Below, piece by piece: positions 21,424 to 31,015 of a stretch of DNA of 64,000 nucleotides; positions within the stretch are counted from its first letter, which is position 1; each line of letters starts with the position of its first letter. The stretch spans positions 21,028 to 85,027 of the forward strand of contig JAONQW010000003.1 in NCBI GenBank assembly GCA_028412835.1, read 5' to 3'. The position numbers and the translations under genes are program-made. The notes below the pieces were generated by a model that was not told the origin of the DNA, made no database searches, and saw only the letters and a program-made list of their open reading frames with translations. The DNA is from Candidatus Pelagibacterales bacterium. Lineage in GTDB: Bacteria; Pseudomonadota; Alphaproteobacteria; Pelagibacterales; AG-422-B15.

Positions 21424-22911
21424 AGAATTTTCTTTAATAAAACTTTTTGCTTTTGTAAATATAATTTTTTTTCTATCCTCAGATATTCTATTTAAAGCAT
21501 TAGCCATCATCGACATTCTATAATTTTTTTTGATGACATCAATATTGCGCTCAATAAATCCCCAATAAAGTCCATCAACGATGTCACACCAGTCACCTTT
21601 TTTAAAATTACTCATTTTTAAAATATAATTTGAACCACAAAGATACGGCTTTGTTGCAAATATACCACCATCACTATAAGTTCCCATACTGAATACATTG
21701 GGCACCATTACCCAGTCGCTAGAGTCGACAAACATCTCCATAAACCAACGATATATTTCCTCAGGGTGTATTCCAGTTAAGTTCATAAGATTGCTTATAA
21801 TCATTAGCCTTGGAATATGGTGGGTATAAGCTTTATTGTTTACCTCCGAAATAAAATGATCAAGTGGTTCAATTCCAGTTGAAGCCTCGTACCATGAAGA
21901 TGTCAATTTTCGGTGATGATTCCAAAAATTGCCGTTTATCATCTTATTTTCGTATACGTCATATGTTCCTTTTATAAATTCTCTCCATCCAATTATTTGT
22001 CTAACAAACCCCTCAATACTATTGATTGAAACTTGATTATTCTTATAGAAATCAATTGCTTCAGTAACTACTTCACGTGGAGTAAGCAATCCAATATTTA
22101 ATAATGGACTTAATAAACTATGAAAAACTGAATTAGAGTCTGTGCTCATTGCATCTTCATAATCACCAAAATTATTAAGACGCTCTATTAAAAATCTTTG
22201 TAGCCATTGTAGAGCTAATTTTCGGTTTGTTGGTAAATAGAAATTATCAATATTTCCAGGGTGCTCTCTAAAATTCTCTTGTACCAGTATTTTAATTTCT
22301 TGAATATTTTTATCTTGTTTAAATGTTAGAAGGGTAGGAATGTCGATGTCTTTTGGAAGTTTTTTTCTATTTTCTTCATCTAATGACCATTTACCACCTA
22401 TAGGAAGTTTATTCTTGATTAAAATATTTTCATTAATGCGCTGCATTTTATAAAAATTATTTAAAAAAGGTTTTTTACCATTTAAAAAATACTCATTAAT
22501 TAAATTTTTGTCTGTCATAAACATTGGACTATTCAAAATATCTAATTCTATTTTATTAGAGTCACAAAATTTTATTATTCTTTTTTTAAAAAAAGAATCT
22601 GGTATCTCGAAGATTTTTAACTTTTTAATTTTATTTTTTTTTATAAATAATTTTAATTTTTTTTCATAATTATCAGTTTTTTTTTGTTTGTCTAATTTTT
22701 GATAATTACAATTAAATCTTTTTTTAATTAAAAGGTCTCTATAGCTGCGCATTGATGCTAGAAAAAAAATTAATTTATGTTTATGAAATTTAAAATAAGT
22801 GCATAACTCATAGTCTTCAGCCATAAAGAAATGGCATGATTTATATTTTTTAATATAATCTAATGGAAAAAGCTGATTACCTAAAATTATAAAACCTTCA
22901 TTAGACATCAA
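21418..22911 (-). CDS. Cryptochrome/photolyase-family protein (photolyase-related, PhrB/CryB-like COG3046 type)
   Basis: 497 aa. The N-terminal 'FIILGNQLF...HFFMAEDYELCTYFKFHKHKLIFFLASMRSY' and the C-terminal 'IPRLMIISNLMNL...FMEMFVDSSDWVMVPNV...KPYLCGSNYILKMSN' resemble the photolyase-related family. Confidence 0.75.
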   Translation of the reverse strand: MMSNEGFIILGNQLFPLDYIKKYKSCHFFMAEDYELCTYFKFHKHKLIFFLASMRSYRDLLIKKRFNCNYQKLDKQKKTDNYEKKLKLFIKKNKIKKLKIFEIPDSFFKKRIIKFCDSNKIELDILNSPMFMTDKNLINEYFLNGKKPFLNNFYKMQRINENILIKNKLPIGGKWSLDEENRKKLPKDIDIPTLLTFKQDKNIQEIKILVQENFREHPGNIDNFYLPTNRKLALQWLQRFLIERLNNFGDYEDAMSTDSNSVFHSLLSPLLNIGLLTPREVVTEAIDFYKNNQVSINSIEGFVRQIIGWREFIKGTYDVYENKMINGNFWNHHRKLTSSWYEASTGIEPLDHFISEVNNKAYTHHIPRLMIISNLMNLTGIHPEEIYRWFMEMFVDSSDWVMVPNVFSMGTYSDGGIFATKPYLCGSNYILKMSNFKKGDWCDIVDGLYWGFIERNIDVIKKNYRMSMMANALNRISEDRKKIIFTKAKSFIKENSL

Positions 22912-22919
22912 TTATATAA

Positions 22920-23369
22920 TTATTTACCTGTAGAACCAAAACCTGAATTGCCTCGATCTGTCTCATCTAAATTTTCAGCGATTTCAAATTCAGCTTTCAC
23001 AAATTGGGAAATTATGATTTGTGCAATTCTATCATATGGTTTTATAGTGTAATTATCATTGCTTAGATTAACCAAAATTACTTTTATTTCTCCACGATAA
23101 TCAGAGTCGATAGTTCCTGGTGAATTTAAAAGAGTTATTCCATGTTTAATAGCAAGGCCTGAACGGGGTCTTATTTGGGCCTCTAAATCCTCAGGTAAAC
23201 TAATTGCTATTCCAGTAGGAATAAGGCTTCTTTCTAATGGTTTTATTATGATATCAGAATCAATATCCGCCGAAAGATCCATCCCTGCAGCTCCTTCAGA
23301 TTCATAGTTTGGTAATTTAAAATCTAGTTTGGATGAAATATTTTTTATATAAATTCTCCTAATTGGCAT
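22920..23369 (-). CDS. dut: dUTP diphosphatase
   Basis: Has 'GAAGMDL', 'RSGLAIKHGI', 'GTIDSDYRGEI' and 'RGNSGFGSTG'. I start at the internal Met (MPIRRIYI...), 4 nt after the coaBC stop, rather than at the longer track ORF. Confidence 0.9.
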   Translation of the reverse strand: MPIRRIYIKNISSKLDFKLPNYESEGAAGMDLSADIDSDIIIKPLERSLIPTGIAISLPEDLEAQIRPRSGLAIKHGITLLNSPGTIDSDYRGEIKVILVNLSNDNYTIKPYDRIAQIIISQFVKAEFEIAENLDETDRGNSGFGSTGK

Positions 23370-23373
23370 TTTT

Positions 23374-24573
23374 TTAACTAGAAAAATATTCTGAAATATT
23401 AATAGATAGTTTTTTTGCAACATCATTTTTACTCATTTTATCCCATTTTTCTGTCTTATTTTTTGAGATAAACGTAATTTGATTTTCATCATTACCAAAA
23501 ACTTTTCCACTACTAACATCGTTAGCTAAAATCCAATCACAACCTTTTGTTAACAGTTTAGTTGCAGCATTGTTTTTAAGATTTTCAGTCTCTGCAGCAA
23601 AACCAACTACAAGTTTTGGTCGATTCGAGTTTCTATTGCTAATTCTTTTAAGAATGTCTGGATTTTCTGACAATTCTAGCGAGATATTTTCACCAACCTT
23701 TTTTATTTTTGATTTTTTTTTATCACTAACTCTGTAGTCACTTACTGCTGCAGCACATACAGCTATGTCTACTGGCAGTATTTTTTCACTTGCTTCTAAC
23801 ATTTCTTCAGCAGTATTAATTTTTAAAATTGAGGGGCCATCAGGCAGTGGGATATTAGTTGGACCCGTTATTAAAGTTGTTTTTGCACCCATATCAAACA
23901 AATTTTGAGCGATTGCATACCCTTGTTTGCCAGATGATTCATTGCTAATAAATCTGACAGGATCAATTTGTTCTTTTGTAGGTCCAGCAGTAATTAATGC
24001 AGTTAAATTTTTTAAAGGCTGATTTAATAAGGATACATCATATTCAATAATCGAATTTATAATTTCTTCAGTTTCAGACATTCTACCAAGTCCATACTCA
24101 CCACAAGCCATATCCCCTTTTTCTGGCCCAATAAACTTTACACCATCTTCAATTAATATCTTAATATTTCTTTGTGTTGCTGGGTTATGCCACATCCGAA
24201 CATTCATAGCCGGCACAACAAACACCTGTTTATTTGTGGCCATTAAAACAGTTGAAGCTAAATCATCACACGAACCATAAGCCATTTTGGAAATAGTATT
24301 AGTAGTAGCTGGAGCAACTAAAATTAAATCGGCCTCTCTAGAGAGTTGGATATGTCCCATTTTATTTTCATCAGTAAGATTAAATAAATCAGAATAAACA
24401 TGATTACCCGACAAACTAGCAACAGACAAAGGCGTAACAAACTCACTTCCAGATTTTGTTAATATACAAGTTACATTAATACCCTGATCTTTTAATCTTC
24501 TAATTAATTCTAAAGATTTATAAGCAGCAATACCGCCAGTAATTATTAATAAAATATTTTTAACTTTTTTCAT
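23374..24573 (-). CDS. coaBC: Bifunctional phosphopantothenoylcysteine decarboxylase/synthetase
   Basis: Flavoprotein N-domain ('ITGGIAAYK', 'PAMNVRMW') followed by a DFP C-domain ('ITAGPTKEQIDPVRFISNESSGKQG'). Confidence 0.9.
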   Translation of the reverse strand: MKKVKNILLIITGGIAAYKSLELIRRLKDQGINVTCILTKSGSEFVTPLSVASLSGNHVYSDLFNLTDENKMGHIQLSREADLILVAPATTNTISKMAYGSCDDLASTVLMATNKQVFVVPAMNVRMWHNPATQRNIKILIEDGVKFIGPEKGDMACGEYGLGRMSETEEIINSIIEYDVSLLNQPLKNLTALITAGPTKEQIDPVRFISNESSGKQGYAIAQNLFDMGAKTTLITGPTNIPLPDGPSILKINTAEEMLEASEKILPVDIAVCAAAVSDYRVSDKKKSKIKKVGENISLELSENPDILKRISNRNSNRPKLVVGFAAETENLKNNAATKLLTKGCDWILANDVSSGKVFGNDENQITFISKNKTEKWDKMSKNDVAKKLSINISEYFSS

Positions 24574-24636
24574 TTCAGGAGCTATTTAACGCTAACACTT
24601 TAATATGTAAAATAATAAAGTATTAATAATATATAT

Positions 24637-26178
24637 TTAAATCAATAAGATAGCAGCAATTAATATTACAATAGCACCAGATGTTATACCTAAAAGGCTT
24701 TTACGACTTTTTCTTCTAATTTTATCAGTATCAAATTTTAATTTGCTTTCTGCTATAAAATCAAATGCACCCTCAGCTCTATCTAGAAAATCTGGAATAT
24801 CAGGAACTTTCCTCGCTAGCGCCTCAAGAACTTTGCCAGTTTCTTTAAGTTTTGTTATTGGTCCAAGCTCATCTTTAAGCCATTTTTCAATTTCAGGTTT
24901 TGATATTTCCCAAAAATTTATTTCAGGATTAAATTTTCTTGCAACACCTTCAATAATTATCATTGTCTTTTGAAGTAAAAGTAATTGAGGTTGTAATGAC
25001 ATATTAAATTGTTTCGTTATATCAAATAATTGAACTAAAACTCTACCCATAGATATATCTTTTGCTTTTAAATTTATAATAGGCTCACCAATTGATCGCA
25101 GTGCTTGAGAAAAATCATCAACTGACTGATCATTATCAATTAGACCTGCTTCCTTATGAATTTGTGCAATTTTCAAATAATCTTGGCTAATGAAACCAAA
25201 AATAATTTCTGCTAAGAATCTACGATTTTTCTTATCTAACCGTCCCATTATTCCAAAATCAACAGCTATTAGATTATTATTTTCTCCGATAAATAGATTT
25301 CCTTGATGCAAGTCAGCATGAAAATAACCATCGCGAATTGCTTGGTTTAAAAAATTTACAATTAATGAGTTTGCTATTTTTACTAAATCTACTTTTCTCT
25401 CTTTTAGTATTTCTATTTTATCAGCTGGAGTACCATCAATTCTCTCAATAGTTAAGACTTTTTTAGTTACATATTCCCAATGTATTTCGGGAACATAAAA
25501 GCTATGATCATTCTTTGTGTTTTCTTTTAGTTCTGATGCAGCTGCAGCTTCATATCTTAAGTCTAACTCAAATCTAATAATTTCTTTTGCTTTTTTAATA
25601 ACAGAATTTAATTGTAATCTTTTTAGCTCACTAAAATTTTCAAGAAATCCAGTAAGCCAATCTAATCGATTCATTTCATCATCAATCGTTTCAATTATAT
25701 TTGGTCGTAAAATTTTAACAGCAACTGGTATATTTTTTTCACCTTCCTTAATTTCAGCAAAATGTACTTGGGCAATTGAGGCTGCAGCTATTGGTTCGCC
25801 GAAATTTTGAAATATGCTCTCTATTTTTCCCCCAAATTGTTCTTCAATAATGTTTACAGCTTCAATTCTGGAAAAAGGTGGAAGATTATCTCGCAGCATA
25901 GCCATATCTTCTGCAATTTCATTGCCAATAATATCTGGTCTAGTTGATATTAACTGTCCTAATTTAATAAATGATGGACCCAATTCATTAAGTGCAGATG
26001 AAATTCTAATGCCGTCAGCTGTCCCTTTTTTTGACTTATCTAGAGTTATTGGAGCTAGTATGAAAGTAAATAGTTTAAATAAAATTTTATAGCGTATATT
26101 TTTTTCAATAAGTATAAGAATATTATGTCGTTTAAAAACTCGAATTATTTTTAAAAAAAATAAAAAGTTAGCAATCAT
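24637..26178 (-). CDS. ubiB: Ubiquinone biosynthesis ABC1/UbiB-family kinase-like protein
   Basis: Has 'AAASIAQVH', 'VKILRP' and 'FHADLHQGN', with a C-terminal TM segment. Downstream of ubiE as usual. Confidence 0.9.
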   Translation of the reverse strand: MIANFLFFLKIIRVFKRHNILILIEKNIRYKILFKLFTFILAPITLDKSKKGTADGIRISSALNELGPSFIKLGQLISTRPDIIGNEIAEDMAMLRDNLPPFSRIEAVNIIEEQFGGKIESIFQNFGEPIAAASIAQVHFAEIKEGEKNIPVAVKILRPNIIETIDDEMNRLDWLTGFLENFSELKRLQLNSVIKKAKEIIRFELDLRYEAAAASELKENTKNDHSFYVPEIHWEYVTKKVLTIERIDGTPADKIEILKERKVDLVKIANSLIVNFLNQAIRDGYFHADLHQGNLFIGENNNLIAVDFGIMGRLDKKNRRFLAEIIFGFISQDYLKIAQIHKEAGLIDNDQSVDDFSQALRSIGEPIINLKAKDISMGRVLVQLFDITKQFNMSLQPQLLLLQKTMIIIEGVARKFNPEINFWEISKPEIEKWLKDELGPITKLKETGKVLEALARKVPDIPDFLDRAEGAFDFIAESKLKFDTDKIRRKSRKSLLGITSGAIVILIAAILLI

Positions 26179-26182
26179 TTTA

Positions 26183-26863
26183 TTATTCTTTCCAACCAGA
26201 ATGAATAGCTACAACGCCATTAAATATGTTTCGATATTCAACTTTTTTAAATCCAGCATTTTCTATCATTGCTGAAAACTCTTCTTGTGGTGGAAATTTT
26301 TCAATCGTATCAACTAAATATTGATACGGCTCTTCATCACCAACTATAATTTTGCCTATTTTTGGAATAAAAAATGAATACTTCTCATATACCTTTGCTA
26401 ATTTAGAATTTTCTAGTTTTGAAAATTCTAAACACATGAATCTGCTTCCAGGTTTTAATATTCTTAATGCTTCTTTTAAGCCTTTTTCAATACTAACAAA
26501 ATTTCTAATACCAAAGCTGACGATATATGCATCAAATAAATCATTTTCAAAGGGCAAGTCTTCTGCAAAAGCGCAAGTTCTACTTATACAATTTTCATAT
26601 ATATCAATATTTTTTGAACCACTTTCTAACATATTTGAATTAGGGTCACATATTGTAGCTTTGCCTTGTCCATTAACTCTTTTTAAAAACCGTCTAGAAA
26701 TATCTCCAGTGCCACCTGCAACATCAATTATGTTCATTCCAGGGTAAGGCTTAAGCCAGTCGATAAGACATTCTTTCCAATATCTATGAGTTCCTAATGA
26801 CATAATATCATTCATCAAATCATATCTATTTGCGACAGCATCAAATACTTGCTTAGTTTCCAT
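26183..26863 (-). CDS. ubiE: Ubiquinone/menaquinone C-methyltransferase
   Basis: Has 'YDLMNDIMSLGTHRYWK' and the SAM motif 'IDVAGGTGD'. Confidence 0.9.
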   Translation of the reverse strand: METKQVFDAVANRYDLMNDIMSLGTHRYWKECLIDWLKPYPGMNIIDVAGGTGDISRRFLKRVNGQGKATICDPNSNMLESGSKNIDIYENCISRTCAFAEDLPFENDLFDAYIVSFGIRNFVSIEKGLKEALRILKPGSRFMCLEFSKLENSKLAKVYEKYSFFIPKIGKIIVGDEEPYQYLVDTIEKFPPQEEFSAMIENAGFKKVEYRNIFNGVVAIHSGWKE

Positions 26864-26931
26864 AAGTTTTTTTATAAATTTCAGGATACTTTTACTACCT
26901 TATTAAAAGATTTTAAATATATACTTAAACT

Positions 26932-27765
26932 ATGCCAGAATTACCTGAAGTAGAGACCGTATCACAAGGAATTAAGTCAAAATTGCTTAATCATAAAATT
27001 AGCAAAGTTATTGTAAAAAGAAGAGATTTACGATTTAGAATAGATACTAAGTTAGAACAAAAAATTACCAATACTAAAATTAATAGCGTAAGTCGAAGGG
27101 CAAAGTACATTTTAATTAATTTAGATAACGGTCTAACAGTTATTATACATCTTGGTATGTCTGGTAGAATTGTAGTTGAAGATCTAAAATCTTCCAAAAA
27201 TATTTTTAAGCATACTCATTTAGAAATTATTACAACAGGTAAGAAAAAAATGAAATTTATTGATCCAAGAAGATTTGGATCAGTATTATTACATGAAACT
27301 AATAATTTAAATACTCACAAGCTAATTAAAAATCTTGCGCCTGAACCATTAACTAAAGAATTTAATGCAACATACTTATTTAAAGCATTAAAGGGAAGAT
27401 CAGCTAATATTAAGTCAATAATTATGAACCAATTTATAGTTGTAGGGGTAGGTAATATCTACGCGTCTGAATCCTTATATAAAGCTAAAATAAGACCAGG
27501 TCGTCAAGCTAAGTCTCTAAGCCTGACTGAGTGTGTTTTGCTTGCAAAATCTATTAAAAAAGTACTTAAACGCTCGATTAAATTAGGCGGATCTTCAATA
27601 AACGATTATTCATTAGTAGATGGCAATTTAGGCTTCTTCCAAAGCGAGCTTGAGGTATATGGAAAAGAAGGAAAAATTTGTAGAAAAAAAACTTGTCATT
27701 CGAAGATATTACGAATAGTTATAGCCCAGCGATCAAGTTTCTATTGTAGTAAATGTCAAAAGTAG
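26932..27765 (+). CDS. mutM: Formamidopyrimidine-DNA glycosylase
   Basis: N-terminal 'MPELPEVE' and a C-terminal zinc finger 'C..C...C..C'. Confidence 0.9.
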   Translation: MPELPEVETVSQGIKSKLLNHKISKVIVKRRDLRFRIDTKLEQKITNTKINSVSRRAKYILINLDNGLTVIIHLGMSGRIVVEDLKSSKNIFKHTHLEIITTGKKKMKFIDPRRFGSVLLHETNNLNTHKLIKNLAPEPLTKEFNATYLFKALKGRSANIKSIIMNQFIVVGVGNIYASESLYKAKIRPGRQAKSLSLTECVLLAKSIKKVLKRSIKLGGSSINDYSLVDGNLGFFQSELEVYGKEGKICRKKTCHSKILRIVIAQRSSFYCSKCQK

Positions 27766-27795
27766 CTCTGATTAAAATTTAATATAAATACTAAT

Positions 27796-28059
27796 ATGGC
27801 TAATACTAAATCAGCAAAGACAAAAGTAAGAGTAATTGATAGAAAAACAGCAATCAATAAAACTGTTAGGAATAGATATCGTACTTATGTCAAAAAGACA
27901 GAACTAGATATAGTTAATGGCGCAAAGTCTGAAGCTGAAGCATCTATAAAAATAGCAGAAGCAGAAATTATGAGTGCTGTATCAAAAGGCATTCTTCATA
28001 AAAATACTGCGGCCAGAAAAGTTTCACGGCTTGTGAAAAAAGTTAAAGCTTTAAATTAA
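27796..28059 (+). CDS. rpsT: 30S ribosomal protein S20
   Basis: 87 aa, basic, with 'MANTKSAKTKVR...HKNTAARK'. Confidence 0.9.
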   Translation: MANTKSAKTKVRVIDRKTAINKTVRNRYRTYVKKTELDIVNGAKSEAEASIKIAEAEIMSAVSKGILHKNTAARKVSRLVKKVKALN

Positions 28060-28404
28060 TTAATCTCTTTTTATCTGATACTTAAAAGTCTTAATCAAAC
28101 TACTTTCAAAACATCATAACTTAAATACCTAGATTCATATAAAGTGAATCATAAGTGCTAGTAAAAATTAATCATAAATTATTTTATCTTTCTCATTGCG
28201 ATTCAAATAGTTTAGCGCTAGATTATTTTAAATTAATATATTTCTTCTTATTAGTTTTTCAAAAAATTCAAATTTAAGTTTGTTTAAAATTTTTTTTTTA
28301 GATTATATTTTTTTGGTTTTTTTAAAAATAAATTAAAAACAAATGTATTAATTTTTCTAAAAATTAGTTACAATTTTTAAAAATATACAGAGGCAATATT
28401 ATTA
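28060..28404. promoter_or_regulatory. Very AT-rich rpsT-dnaA spacer (presumed dnaA promoter region)
   Basis: At 345 bp this is the longest non-coding stretch in the window and has long A/T runs. I found no consensus TTATCCACA box in it. Confidence 0.3.
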
Positions 28405-29817
28405 ATGATACAAGATTTAAATTCAAAACAGCCTCTCGTTTCAGATATAAAATTGACTTGGCATGCAGTTTTAAAAAAACTAAATAAAGAATATGGTAAT
28501 GAAATTTACAATAGCTGGTTAAAGAACTTAAAAGTTAAAACTTTAGAAAATGAAACTCTCGTATTTTCTGTTCCTTCTAAATTTATTAGAGATTGGATAA
28601 CAGCACATTATGTAGACAAAATTATTTTCTATATAGAAGAGGAAAGCCCAGAGATTAAAAGGGTTAAAATCATAGTTGATGCCATGCTGGCTAATGATCA
28701 TGATGCTATGAATAGTGAGATATTTATTGAAAAAAATAGAAAATCTAAAGAGGTTTCATACACACATCAATCTGACGATTGGCCGTTGGATGAAAGATTT
28801 ACCTTTGAAAAATTTGTTGTTGGTCATCCTAATGAGTTAGCATATGCGTCAGCAAAAAGAATGGCTCAACCTGAGAAATTTGACTTCAATCCACTTTTTA
28901 TTTATGGCGGCGTTGGTCTGGGTAAAACTCATTTAATGCATTCAATAGCTTGGGAAATTAAAAATCATAATGAAAATGCTAAGGTTTTATACCTATCTGC
29001 AGAAAGGTTTATGTTTCAATTTATTAAATCTCTACGGCAAAAAGATACAATGTCATTTAAACAAAAATTTAGGTCTGTAGACGTTCTTATAATTGATGAT
29101 ATCCAATTTATGATGGGAAAATCATCAACACAGGAAGAGTTTTTTCATACATTTAACTCACTTTTAGATCTTAATAAAAAGGTAATTATCTCATCTGACA
29201 GGGCACCAAGTGACCTAGATAGTTTTGATGACAGAATAAAATCACGACTTTCATGGGGCCTAGTTGCTGATATTTTGCCTGCTAATTTTGAATTAAGACA
29301 TGAGATTCTAAAAAAGAAAGCTTTAGAATTAAGTTTGAAGTATGAAAATAAAATTACTATAGCGGAAGATGTAATAATATTTTTAGCTAAAACAATTGCT
29401 AACAATGTGCGGGAACTTGAAGGCGCATTAAATAAGGTTGTAACATTTGCAAATTTAATGAATAGAAAAGTAGATGTTGAACTAGCTCAAACAGTCCTTA
29501 AAGATTTACTAAGATCAAGTAATAGAAGAATTACAATTGATGAAATTCAATCAAAAGTTGCTAGTTATTTTAATATTAAAGTAGATGATATAATGTCAGC
29601 TAAGCGAATAAGATCTTTTGCTAGACCAAGACAAATTGCTATGTATCTATCTAAAAAACTTACCTCGAGATCACTTCCTGAAATTGGTAGAAAATTTGGT
29701 GGTAGAGATCACACAACAGTAATACATGCCGTCAAAAAAGTTGATCAACTAAAGTCAGAATCAAATAAATTTGATGAAGATATCAATGTTTTAACTCAAA
29801 TTATTACTTCCTCATAA
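28405..29817 (+). CDS. dnaA: Chromosomal replication initiator DnaA
   Basis: Has 'NPLFIYGGVGLGKTHL', 'LIIDDIQF' and a domain IV 'RPRQIAMYLSKKLT...GGRDHTTV'. Confidence 0.95.
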   Translation: MIQDLNSKQPLVSDIKLTWHAVLKKLNKEYGNEIYNSWLKNLKVKTLENETLVFSVPSKFIRDWITAHYVDKIIFYIEEESPEIKRVKIIVDAMLANDHDAMNSEIFIEKNRKSKEVSYTHQSDDWPLDERFTFEKFVVGHPNELAYASAKRMAQPEKFDFNPLFIYGGVGLGKTHLMHSIAWEIKNHNENAKVLYLSAERFMFQFIKSLRQKDTMSFKQKFRSVDVLIIDDIQFMMGKSSTQEEFFHTFNSLLDLNKKVIISSDRAPSDLDSFDDRIKSRLSWGLVADILPANFELRHEILKKKALELSLKYENKITIAEDVIIFLAKTIANNVRELEGALNKVVTFANLMNRKVDVELAQTVLKDLLRSSNRRITIDEIQSKVASYFNIKVDDIMSAKRIRSFARPRQIAMYLSKKLTSRSLPEIGRKFGGRDHTTVIHAVKKVDQLKSESNKFDEDINVLTQIITSS

Positions 29818-29886
29818 AATTTCAATTTCACTATAATTTTTCAAATTTAGTAACATGTCTTATTTAAATTATGTATACTTCTATTC

Positions 29887-31014
29887 ATGAAACTAAAAGT
29901 TAATAGCTCTGATCTTGCTAAAGCTCTGTCACATCTTCAAGGAGTTGTAGAGCTTCGGCATACTCTGCCAATATTATCTAATGTTATAATTAAGGCTGAA
30001 GATAATTTACTAAAACTTTCATCAACTAACTTAGATATATTTTGCTCAGAAAAAATTAGTGCTGATATAGAGGTAAATGGTGAAATTTCTGTTCCAGCTA
30101 TTACACTTCATGAGATAGTAAAAAAATTGCCACAAGGTTCAGATATTGACCTTAATATGGATGAAACTGGTAATAGCATTAATATTAAATCAGGTAGATC
30201 AAGATTTAATCTCTCCACTCTACCAACTGATGATTTTCCAGACATCTCACAAGATGACCTTTCAGTAAAATTTATAATGAACGTGGAAGATCTAAAAACT
30301 ATGATCGATAAAACTAAATTTGCTATTTCAAATGAAGAATCAAGATATTATCTTAATGGAATATTTTTTCACTCAGCTCACAAAAATGAAATCAATATAC
30401 TTCGATCTGTAGCAACAGACGGACACCGTTTAGCACAATATGATATGCCTCTCCCTCAGGGTGCAGAAAAAATGTCAGGAATTATAATTCCGAAAAAAAC
30501 TACCCTAGAATTAAGAAGAATCTTAGATGATGCAAATGGTGATGTTCAAGTTGAATTATCATCAAGTAAAGTCAAGTTTGTGTTTAGTGAAATAGAGCTA
30601 GTTTCGAAAGTGATAGATGGTACCTTTCCAGATTATACAAAGGTAATACCTCAAAATAATGATAAAACGCTTAAAACAAACATTGGTGATTTAAAAGGTG
30701 CAATAGAGAGAGTTTCTGCAATTGCAGTTAGCGAAGAAACAAAATCAAGAGGATTAAAATTAATTATTGAAAATAACAAACTTCAATTGCTTGCTAATAG
30801 TGCTAGCAAAGGCTCTGCTATAGAGGAATTAGATGTTCAGTTCGCTCACGATAAGCTAGAAATAGGTTTTAATTCAAGATACTTGCTCGATATTATATCA
30901 GAAATAGATGGCACTGATGTGACTTTAAACTTTTCGGATCCAGCAGCACCAGTTTTAATAATTGATGACGCAGAAGATAATTTATTTTTCGTCTTAATGC
31001 CAATGCGCATTTAA
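29887..31014 (+). CDS. dnaN: DNA polymerase III beta sliding clamp
   Basis: 375 aa with 'LPILSNV', 'ATDGHRLA' and C-terminal 'MPMRI'. dnaA-dnaN-recF-gyrB order. Confidence 0.95.
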   Translation: MKLKVNSSDLAKALSHLQGVVELRHTLPILSNVIIKAEDNLLKLSSTNLDIFCSEKISADIEVNGEISVPAITLHEIVKKLPQGSDIDLNMDETGNSINIKSGRSRFNLSTLPTDDFPDISQDDLSVKFIMNVEDLKTMIDKTKFAISNEESRYYLNGIFFHSAHKNEINILRSVATDGHRLAQYDMPLPQGAEKMSGIIIPKKTTLELRRILDDANGDVQVELSSSKVKFVFSEIELVSKVIDGTFPDYTKVIPQNNDKTLKTNIGDLKGAIERVSAIAVSEETKSRGLKLIIENNKLQLLANSASKGSAIEELDVQFAHDKLEIGFNSRYLLDIISEIDGTDVTLNFSDPAAPVLIIDDAEDNLFFVLMPMRI

Positions 31015-31015
31015 A

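Noticed and set aside
23370-23426. An N-terminal 19-aa extension of the dut ORF that overlaps coaBC.
   Set aside because: The extension has no similarity to dUTPases. The internal Met gives a normal-length protein starting 4 nt after the coaBC stop.
24743-26092. Three plus-strand ORFs (76, 97 and 92 aa) inside ubiB.
   Set aside because: They are antisense shadows of a well-supported gene. Their products are Ser/Ile/Phe-rich with no motifs.
26352-26747. A 131-aa plus-strand ORF inside ubiE.
   Set aside because: It is antisense to a confidently identified methyltransferase, and its composition is typical of a shadow frame.
28349-28366. An 18-bp AT-only near-palindrome TAATTTTT-CT-AAAAATTA upstream of dnaA that contains a TTCTAAA half-site.
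   Set aside because: It is low-complexity A/T sequence, and the left half does not match the TTTAGAA arm of an ICE.
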